Positions 42,257 to 49,272 of a DNA stretch of 49,272 nucleotides are shown here, piece after piece. The DNA is taken from the NCBI GenBank assembly GCA_038845975.1, contig JAWBQF010000019.1, forward strand, positions 1-49,272, read 5' to 3'. Position 1 is the stretch's first letter. Every line of letters starts with the position of its first letter. The position numbers and the translations under genes were made by a program. This DNA is from Candidatus Methanomethylicia archaeon (GTDB taxonomy: Archaea; Thermoproteota; Methanomethylicia; CALHIW01). Below the pieces are notes generated by a model. The model had not been told where the DNA came from. It made no database searches and was given only the letters and a program-made list of their open reading frames with translations.

Positions 42257-43534
42257 TTATAGAGAGCTACTAACTGAACCGTATGGGGAGCCGTACTTTT
42301 TAACGTTTTCAATAATTTGCCTAATACTTTCAGGTATTAGTTTAATACTATGTAGATTCTCTCTAAGTTTAAGAACCATTTTTGGGGTATCTATGTTCAT
42401 TGGACATTTAACCTTACATCTTCCACATAAAGTACATGTAAACGCTATTAGAGATGCATAGTTAAGCTCTCTATCTATAAAGGCTGTCCATATAGCTCCT
42501 ATTCCTCCAAAATATGTATATCCAAAGTTACCTGCTACAATTTGATATATTGGACACTCGTAAAGACATGCCCCACATCTTATACAGTATAGTGCTTGAC
42601 GGAATAACGAATCTTTAGCAACTTCACTCCTACCATTATCTAGAAGTATAATATGAACTTCTCTTGGTCCATGTACACCTAAAACCTGTGTCTTCTCAAT
42701 ATCGCCGGTTTTGCTTGGACCGGAAATTATTGAAACAAAACTTGGCATATAGTAGCTTGCATATCTACTTACAACCTCAACTAACATTGTTGCATCAATA
42801 AGTGTTGGAAGAATTTTCTCTAACCCAGCAATAACAACGTATTTTGGAGGTGCATTAGAAACATATCTTACATTTCCCTCATTCTCAATAAGTACTATAG
42901 ATCCTGTATTTGCAACAATAGCATTAGCACCGCTTATTCCAATATCTGCTTTAAAGAATTTATCTCTCAAAAAGCTTCTAGCAAACATAGTTAACTTAGG
43001 TATATCTGGTTGTAGGTTTTCACCAGATATCTTTGAGAACAATTCAGCAACCTTCTCCTTAGGAACATGAATTGCTGGACTTAAAATATGCATTGGCTTC
43101 GAACCTAAAAGCTGTATTATTAGCTCGCCAAGATCAGTTTCATAAATAGTGTTTCCCTTAAGCTCAAGATAGTGGTTTAAATTCAGCTCTTCAGATGTTA
43201 TCGACTTAGACTTTACAATCACCTTATCTGATCCAACAATTTCATCTAAAATCTTCAATACATCACCAGCACTTCTAGCATAGTATGCATAGCTATTATT
43301 AGACTCTATAGACTCCATTGTTTGCTTAACATAGCTATTAAGATTTGATAAAACATGTTCCTTAACCTCTATAAGCTTTAAACGCTTATCCTCAACATCA
43401 CTATATCGTTTAAGAGCTTTATCCCTATTAATCCTGAAGGAGTCAACAGCTCTCCTTAAAGCAGTTCTAATAAAGCTATTATCCATAGCCTCATAGAGTC
43501 TTAGCTTATAAGTCTGGAAAACATCATCAAGCAT
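42257..43534 (-). CDS. LutB/LldF-family LUD-domain iron-sulfur protein
   Basis: KSKSITSEE, ETDLGE, ENEGN, GPSKTGDIE, CIRCGACLYECP and CTLCGRCKVKCP. Confidence 0.88.
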   Translation of the reverse strand: MLDDVFQTYKLRLYEAMDNSFIRTALRRAVDSFRINRDKALKRYSDVEDKRLKLIEVKEHVLSNLNSYVKQTMESIESNNSYAYYARSAGDVLKILDEIVGSDKVIVKSKSITSEELNLNHYLELKGNTIYETDLGELIIQLLGSKPMHILSPAIHVPKEKVAELFSKISGENLQPDIPKLTMFARSFLRDKFFKADIGISGANAIVANTGSIVLIENEGNVRYVSNAPPKYVVIAGLEKILPTLIDATMLVEVVSRYASYYMPSFVSIISGPSKTGDIEKTQVLGVHGPREVHIILLDNGRSEVAKDSLFRQALYCIRCGACLYECPIYQIVAGNFGYTYFGGIGAIWTAFIDRELNYASLIAFTCTLCGRCKVKCPMNIDTPKMVLKLRENLHSIKLIPESIRQIIENVKKYGSPYGSVSSSL

Positions 43535-44214
43535 TATAAGACACCTAAAGCCATACCTAATACATGAATAATATCATACACCCTAATATTTAGACTATAA
43601 ATTGAGGAAGAATCTTTAAAGTTAAGATAGCAGAAAGGACAGGAGGAAACTATGGCATCAACATCTTGAGGAATCTCTCTTAAAATCTTTTCATAAGCAA
43701 CTTCAACAGCTAAACTTGGAAAGACAGCTTTAACCAATCCTCCACCACCACAACATGTTGAAGATCCCCTATTAAGTCTAAATTCGAAGAGAGTTAATCC
43801 AGGTATTCTCTTCAATAATTCCCTAGGCTCCTCAGTAACCCCACAATGTATAAGTTCACATGGATCATGATATATAGCCTTTAAATTAACCTTACATGGA
43901 AAACTACTAAGCCCTAAATCCAAAATAAACTGTGATAAATGCTTAACCATGAAGCCACTATAGTGCTCTCTAAAAACCCTAAAACATCCAGCACAACTAG
44001 TAATCAATACCGATACATTTCTGAAGTGGTCAGTATTACTCTTAATAACTTCTCTAAAACCTTCACTATCCCCTGAAAGAAGTAGGGGCATACCACAACA
44101 TCTACTACCTAAATCAATCCATTCAATACCTAAATACTCTAAAATCCTAATTAACGGTTCCTTTAACTCACTACTATACTTCTCCAGGGTGCATCCTGGG
44201 AATACAGCAAACAT
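43534..44214 (-). CDS. CCG-domain Fe-S protein (LutA/HdrD/GlcF-like)
   Basis: FPGC, CCG, SCAGC, YHDPC, CCGGGG and SCPFC. Probable ATG at 44214; TAATG overlap with the LutB-like gene. Confidence 0.85.
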   Translation of the reverse strand: MFAVFPGCTLEKYSSELKEPLIRILEYLGIEWIDLGSRCCGMPLLLSGDSEGFREVIKSNTDHFRNVSVLITSCAGCFRVFREHYSGFMVKHLSQFILDLGLSSFPCKVNLKAIYHDPCELIHCGVTEEPRELLKRIPGLTLFEFRLNRGSSTCCGGGGLVKAVFPSLAVEVAYEKILREIPQDVDAIVSSCPFCYLNFKDSSSIYSLNIRVYDIIHVLGMALGVL

Positions 44215-44338
44215 TTCAAATCCTATCCATCTCAGCAGGACATACTTATAAACACTCCTATAACAACTAGGTAAAAAATTCAAATTTGGCATGCATAAAT
44301 GTATAAATTACATTTTGAATGATTTAGAAGTATGGAAA

Positions 44339-45715
44339 TCATAGAATACTTTTAAATCTATCTTTATACTCAACATATTTCTTAATTGCTATTAGAGATT
44401 TAGCAGCATCTTCAGGCATGAAGTATACAGGTATTTTAGCTTCTCCAAGCCTCCTAAAAGCCTCCTCAATATCACTTCTCATAAAACTCCAGACAATAAT
44501 AAAGGGTTTCCAAACATCATTCTTTAACCTTATCATCAAATCTGTAAACTCACCAACTCTAAAAAGCCCTGGAGCACCTATAATAACAGCATCTACATTA
44601 TCATCCTCCATAACTATTTTCACACATTCACTATAAAGCTTAATATCTTCAACAACCGCAAGCGTCATATCTATAGGATTTGAAACACTAGCAAACCATG
44701 GTAGAGCTTCTCTTAGCCTTCTCCTTGTCTCCATACATAGCTCAGGTATTTTAAACCCTACAGCTTCACATGAATCAACAATACTTACACCAATACCTCC
44801 AGGACCTGTAACTACACCAATATTGACTCCTCTAAAATCTGGAATTGTTAATGAAGCTATAATGTAGTTTACAAGATCTCTTAAGCTATAAGCTCTTATA
44901 GCGCCTACCTGCTTGAAAACAGCATTATATATCTCATCAGAGCCAGCAAGAGCACCAGTATGTGAGTAAACAGCCTTTTTACCTGACTCATGTATTCCAG
45001 CCTTCCATAAAACTAGAGGCTTTAAAAATGAAGTCCTCTTAGCAACATCAATAAATCTTCTAGGACTTCTTATCTGCTCAACATATCCTCCAATAACACG
45101 TGTTGTATCATCACTTTCGAAATATTCAAGATAGTCTACAAATTTTAAGTCACATTCATTACCTGAACTTACAATCTTTGATAGTCCGTAGCCTCTACTA
45201 GATAGTAAGGATGCAAAGGCAATACCTAATCCTCCACTCTGAGATATAAATGATGTTTCACCTTTAATTCTCGGTAGATTTGGATCATACGATATTCCAG
45301 AGTATGAACAGTAAATACCCATACAATTCGGACCTATAATTCTAGTACTGGATCCACAAATGGCTTTAACAAGTTCAGCCTCTAGAGCAGCTCCCTCACT
45401 ACTAGCTTCACTAAAACCAGCAGTTACAATAACAACTCCCTTAACCCCTTTTAAAACACAAGCCTTAACAGAATCTAAAACCATATGTGTAGGTATTGTA
45501 ATAATAGCTAAATCAATACTTTCAGGTATGCTTAAAACATTTGAATAACATTTAAACCCTAAGATTTCACTATAGTTTGGATTAACAGGATATATTTTTC
45601 CATTAAAGTTAGATTCGATTAAAGCCTTCAAAGCAATGTTTCCAGGCTTACCAGGATTTGAGGAAGCTCCAATAACAGCAATACTCTCCGGGTAGAATAT
45701 TGGATTGAGATCCAT
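44339..45715 (-). CDS. acdA: ADP-forming acetate/acyl-CoA ligase alpha subunit
   Basis: AVIGAS, TAGFSE, GPNCMG, SQSGG, SHTGALAG (phospho-His) and NPIDM. Confidence 0.9.
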   Translation of the reverse strand: MDLNPIFYPESIAVIGASSNPGKPGNIALKALIESNFNGKIYPVNPNYSEILGFKCYSNVLSIPESIDLAIITIPTHMVLDSVKACVLKGVKGVVIVTAGFSEASSEGAALEAELVKAICGSSTRIIGPNCMGIYCSYSGISYDPNLPRIKGETSFISQSGGLGIAFASLLSSRGYGLSKIVSSGNECDLKFVDYLEYFESDDTTRVIGGYVEQIRSPRRFIDVAKRTSFLKPLVLWKAGIHESGKKAVYSHTGALAGSDEIYNAVFKQVGAIRAYSLRDLVNYIIASLTIPDFRGVNIGVVTGPGGIGVSIVDSCEAVGFKIPELCMETRRRLREALPWFASVSNPIDMTLAVVEDIKLYSECVKIVMEDDNVDAVIIGAPGLFRVGEFTDLMIRLKNDVWKPFIIVWSFMRSDIEEAFRRLGEAKIPVYFMPEDAAKSLIAIKKYVEYKDRFKSIL

Positions 45716-45804
45716 ATTAATACACTAACAGCATCTGTAGAAATAGTTAATAAATCTTAACATAGCATATTAAGCTATTTATAAATATAGCTAAACTTAA
45801 TATA

Positions 45805-46485
45805 CTAAACTGTTAGGGCTTTGGGACAATATGTATTGAATAGATATATTATTAGAAAGGCTGTTAATGGAACTGTTACATTATCATCTATAAACCTCCA
45901 CTCAAAATGCTCAATAACACTACATATAATACTTGCAATAATGCCAGCGTAGCCAAATACAGCTCCAATTGGTAGAGTTACTGTAAGCATTGCTAAATTA
46001 CCCCACCAAGATTTAGTTCTCCTTTTAAAAAGCATATTTCTAACAATTCCAGTAACACCATCACCGACAGCCATAAAAAGTACTGGAACAATACCGAACC
46101 AGTAATTTCTAAAAACAATCCATGCTAACGCTATTGTTAAGCCCCATGTAATGCAGAAATGAACTTCATAAACGTTATCTCTAGTTTGAAACCAGTAAAA
46201 TAGCTTACCCCTTCTATGTGGGAGATAGGTAAATACAGCTAAAACTATTGAGAATATAAATGGTAGTATAGGTGTTGTGAAGAGATAAGGTACAAGAACA
46301 GCTACTAAAGCACCAGTAAGAATATGTATAAGCTTCCTATTATAGTATACAGCAACGCTATGTGAAACCCTACCTACAATAGCTTCATAAAACCTCTTCG
46401 ATACTAGTAAAACCACAGCAGCAACCCAAACAAACAGTATTACTGCATAGAGCAACTCGTAAATTAAGCTAGTAAATATATTCAT
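45805..46485 (-). CDS. Dolichol/phytol kinase-like (CTP-dependent polyprenol kinase family) membrane protein
   Basis: RKLIH, GDGVTGIV, KSWWG and DDNVTVP. Confidence 0.8.
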   Translation of the reverse strand: MNIFTSLIYELLYAVILFVWVAAVVLLVSKRFYEAIVGRVSHSVAVYYNRKLIHILTGALVAVLVPYLFTTPILPFIFSIVLAVFTYLPHRRGKLFYWFQTRDNVYEVHFCITWGLTIALAWIVFRNYWFGIVPVLFMAVGDGVTGIVRNMLFKRRTKSWWGNLAMLTVTLPIGAVFGYAGIIASIICSVIEHFEWRFIDDNVTVPLTAFLIIYLFNTYCPKALTV

Positions 46486-46579
46486 GCATTAATAAAACTA
46501 AAGGAGTTAAATAAATTTAACATTTAAAAGTTAACTAGATATTAGTTAACAATAAATAATTGTATTTTATAGTAAACTT

Positions 46580-47104
46580 ATGACTTTAAAGTCTAGATAT
46601 GTATATAGAGGTAAAATCATTAATGTTAGAGTAGATGAATTTGAAACTGTTAGTAAACAATATATGAAGGAAATAGTTGAGCATCCTGGAGCAGTAGCAA
46701 TTATACCAATTTTAGATAGTGGAAAAATCATAATGATTAAGCAATATAGATATGCTGTTAAACGTGAACTTATTGAAGTTCCAGCAGGAACAATAGAGAA
46801 TGGAGAGAAACCTGAGGAATGTGCCTATAGAGAGCTAATAGAGGAAACAGGTTACATTGCGGGTGAAATATTTAAAATCGCTGAATTCTACCTTGCACCT
46901 GGATATAGTGAGGAAGTTTTACATCTATTCATAGCTAGGAAGCTTGTAAAAGGGGGAGCTAAACCAGAAATAGGTGAAAAAATAGAGAGTGTAATGGCCA
47001 TTAGTCTTAATGAGGCTATTGAGATGGTGAGGAGGGGAGAAATAAGGGATGCAAAAACAATATGTGCACTATACTACTTACTACTAAACAAATTTAAACA
47101 TTAG
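46580..47104 (+). CDS. Nudix hydrolase (ADP-ribose pyrophosphatase-like)
   Basis: HPGAV, QYRY and Nudix box GTIENGEKPEECAYRELIEETG. Confidence 0.92.
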   Translation: MTLKSRYVYRGKIINVRVDEFETVSKQYMKEIVEHPGAVAIIPILDSGKIIMIKQYRYAVKRELIEVPAGTIENGEKPEECAYRELIEETGYIAGEIFKIAEFYLAPGYSEEVLHLFIARKLVKGGAKPEIGEKIESVMAISLNEAIEMVRRGEIRDAKTICALYYLLLNKFKH

Positions 47105-48122
47105 TGAACTCTACCACCTTATATAGCTGCTCTTCCAACTGATTATTGAGATTTAAAATTTCACCATTAATCCTCTTCACTACCCTAATATTGGGGTTAT
47201 CTATTAGCTCACCTATTATTGATGACTCAATACCCTCATCCATTAAATCCTTAACAATAGATTCAGCATAATTCCTTTTCGCAGCTATCAAAAGAGCTCC
47301 AGACCCTATAAGCATAAGTGGATCTATTTTAAGAGCTTTACATATTTCAGCTGTTTCACGCTTTATTATCATTTTATCTTCATAAGCTATAACTCCAAGA
47401 TTAGATGCTAAAGCCATCTCCTGAATACATGTAGCAACACCTCCTTCAGTAACATCATGCATCGCCGTAACCCCACCAGAACCTACAGCTTTCAGGGCCT
47501 CCTTAACAACACTTATATAGTTGAAGAATGTTTTCCCGTTTTCAACAATATCTAGACCGATAAGATTTTTCAACTTATATTCAAGCTCATAAGATAATAT
47601 AGCTGTTCCCTCAATTCCACATCCCTTCGTTAGTATAAGCTTATCTCCAGCTCTACCACCACCAGTTTTAACAAAGTTTTTTCTCAATCCTTCACCAATA
47701 ACAGTACATATAATTACTGGTCTTGAAAACCCTAATGTAACCTCAGTATGCCCACCGATTACTGTTAAACCTATGTACCTGCATGCACGATCAATATCCC
47801 TCATTATGTCCTCAAGATCACTAAGTAAGCATCCTTCAGGTAGAAGTAACGTTAGTGAAAGCCAACGTGGACTAATACCTCTAGAAGCTATATCATTAGC
47901 AGCTATATTAACAGCAAGCCACCCAATATGTTTAACAGCACCAGTTATAGGATCACTATGTACAGCAAGAACATGGTCACCAAGATCAATTATGGCTGCA
48001 TCTTCACCAATAGATGGACCAACAAGAACTCTATAATCTTCAACTCCAAGATACTTATAGACAACATCTCTAATAATATTTAGTGGTGGCTTACCAATAC
48101 TTAACCTCAAGTAAAACACCAT
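47094..48122 (-). CDS. AIR-synthase-related protein (PurM/ThiL/HypE/SelD fold)
   Basis: GPSIGEDAA, HSDPITG, NDIA, GGHTE, HDVTEGG and GSGALL. Confidence 0.85.
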   Translation of the reverse strand: MVFYLRLSIGKPPLNIIRDVVYKYLGVEDYRVLVGPSIGEDAAIIDLGDHVLAVHSDPITGAVKHIGWLAVNIAANDIASRGISPRWLSLTLLLPEGCLLSDLEDIMRDIDRACRYIGLTVIGGHTEVTLGFSRPVIICTVIGEGLRKNFVKTGGGRAGDKLILTKGCGIEGTAILSYELEYKLKNLIGLDIVENGKTFFNYISVVKEALKAVGSGGVTAMHDVTEGGVATCIQEMALASNLGVIAYEDKMIIKRETAEICKALKIDPLMLIGSGALLIAAKRNYAESIVKDLMDEGIESSIIGELIDNPNIRVVKRINGEILNLNNQLEEQLYKVVEFTNV

Positions 48123-48868
48123 TAACCCGCTTTCAAAGCCCTTATTAAAGGTTTTGAAAATATTACAGCTATAGATAATCCAACTATTACTTGAGCTATA
48201 TTAAATGGAACTTCTACAATAGAGGCCCATCCATATCCTAAAATATAGAACTCATAGAGGAAGTAGCCTAAAACCATTAATGAACCACCAACTAGGCAGC
48301 TAAGAACTATAACCCATGTTACAGGTTCAATGTTAAACCCAAGATACAGAAGAGCTAGAAATATGGCTATTGAAAGCATAAGCCATGCATACCATGGAAA
48401 GCTAAGGCTTAAAGTTGATAATGGCTGAACTACTCCAAAACCTAAACTGTTAAAGTTAAGCTCCAATACATCACCATAATAGATTAAGCTTGCTGTAAGA
48501 AGTACTAGTGATGGAATAATTGAAAACGTAAACACAACAGTTCGATGAGAAACTTTACTTAGCGATTTAAGCTTCACATAAATTAATCCAGCAATAAAAC
48601 CCTCAACAGATTTAATTATAAAAGTACCTGGAGCAAAATAGTAATATCCTGAAAATACATCAGCTAAAAATGAGCCGAAACCACCAGCAAACCCACCTAA
48701 ATATGGTCCAAGAAGAATCGCGGATAGATAAACCATAGCTTCACCAACATTAAAATATCCTTTAGTTGCTGGAATATATATCTGAATAGTTAATGTTAAA
48801 ATCATAGTTAAAGCAGCAAACAGAGCTACTAGGGATATTTTTAATGTTTTCCTCAACTCAAACCCCAA
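48122..48868 (-). CDS. ECF transporter S component (HmpT/PdxU-like N-terminal motif)
   Basis: ALFAAL, IPATKGYFNVGE, GGFGSFLAD, APGTFIIK and NIAQ. TAATG overlap with the downstream gene. Confidence 0.85.
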   Translation of the reverse strand: MGFELRKTLKISLVALFAALTMILTLTIQIYIPATKGYFNVGEAMVYLSAILLGPYLGGFAGGFGSFLADVFSGYYYFAPGTFIIKSVEGFIAGLIYVKLKSLSKVSHRTVVFTFSIIPSLVLLTASLIYYGDVLELNFNSLGFGVVQPLSTLSLSFPWYAWLMLSIAIFLALLYLGFNIEPVTWVIVLSCLVGGSLMVLGYFLYEFYILGYGWASIVEVPFNIAQVIVGLSIAVIFSKPLIRALKAG

Positions 48869-48900
48869 CTTGTATACAAGTACAAGCTTAAATATCTTTT
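48868..48900 (-). promoter_or_regulatory. Promoter with a perfect 14-bp palindromic operator
   Basis: ACTTGTATACAAGT (48868-48881) lies between the minus-strand AAAAGATA-TTTAAG (BRE/TATA-like, 48900-48887) and the TTG start. Confidence 0.65.
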
Positions 48901-49069
48901 GTCAACCAGTAGACTAGTTCATAGCTATTCTGTTTAATCACTAAGATACTAGAAAGCAGTATCTATATTGTGACTTAGGTTCATCAGCTATATATGCTTT
49001 CACATCTAGAGTTCGTAGAGTTGTAGTACCGGTATTAAAGCTTTTAAGCTTTAGTATCTAGGTAACTAT

Positions 49070-49137
49070 GGTTAAACCCAATGAATTAAGGGTACGCTGC
49101 TGAAAAATGATGAGTTAGCCCTTTAATGAGGGTAACT
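49070..49137 (+). ncRNA. Candidate C/D box sRNA
   Basis: Degenerate C box (ATGAATT), 12-nt guide, CTGA (49100-49103), ATGATGA (49107-49113), 12-nt guide, ATGA. Terminal ACCC/GGGT stem and an upstream TTTTAA near 49042. Confidence 0.4.
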
Positions 49138-49164
49138 CTGCATTAATTAAAATAGATAAAGATG

Positions 49165-49272
49165 GGCTTTGTTAACTTAATCATGTTTTATTACCTCTAT
49201 TTTGGTATTGTATCTTCTATGAATTCTTAGCTTTTATTTTCCTTATCCATGTTTGTTTAGTATGTATATTAT
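49165..49272 (-). mobile_element. IS6-family element, right-end fragment (cut by window end)
   Basis: Begins GGCTTTGTTAACTTAA and is a near-exact reverse complement of about 27646-27753. Confidence 0.88.

Noticed and set aside
3304-48036. Many short antisense or overlapping ORFs in the track (e.g. 3341-3697, 4651-5133, 18046-18390, 35355-35807, 47773-48036)
   Set aside because: They are shadows of well-supported genes on the opposite strand and carry no recognisable motifs.
47094-48122. Annotation as hydrogenase maturation factor HypE
   Set aside because: It lacks the C-terminal PR(I/V)C cysteine and has no hyp context.
1-49272. Whole window as a composite transposon bounded by inverted IS6 copies
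   Set aside because: The cargo is core housekeeping genes and the outer ends and TSDs are not visible. Assembly breaks at repeats are the simpler explanation.

Overview
AT-rich archaeal chromosomal fragment. A thermophilic Thermoproteota-type archaeon is inferred from the gene content: CDC48, Hjc-like nuclease, Dph6, stand-alone THUMP, ADP-forming acetate-CoA ligase and Fae-Hps. Both window ends fall inside copies of the same IS6-family element. 1-3.9 kb is an insertion graveyard: an asparagine-synthase-like pseudogene broken by nested insertions, IS6 fragments, an IS5 element and MITEs. 2.8-19.7 kb is mostly a surface-glycosylation region (GT2, three GT4, wecB/wecC-like genes, two GT-C-like membrane proteins, DUF354 GT, NTP-transferase), with proC and cdc48 embedded. 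The rest is housekeeping and metabolism (pdxST, dph6, udg, S2P protease, nth, hjc, MFS, fae-hps, pyk, SF2 helicase, rpiA, LutB/CCG pair, acdA, Nudix), plus a four-gene pilin-like cassette. The most notable unexplained signal is the palindrome ACTTGTATAC(A/T)AG. It sits in a repressor position at both the pdxST promoter and the promoter of an ECF S-component/PurM-fold enzyme operon 22 kb away, suggesting an archaeal vitamin B6 regulon with a candidate non-orthologous salvage enzyme. No CRISPR array, rRNA or tRNA was seen. All calls are from motif recognition by eye, with no database searches.
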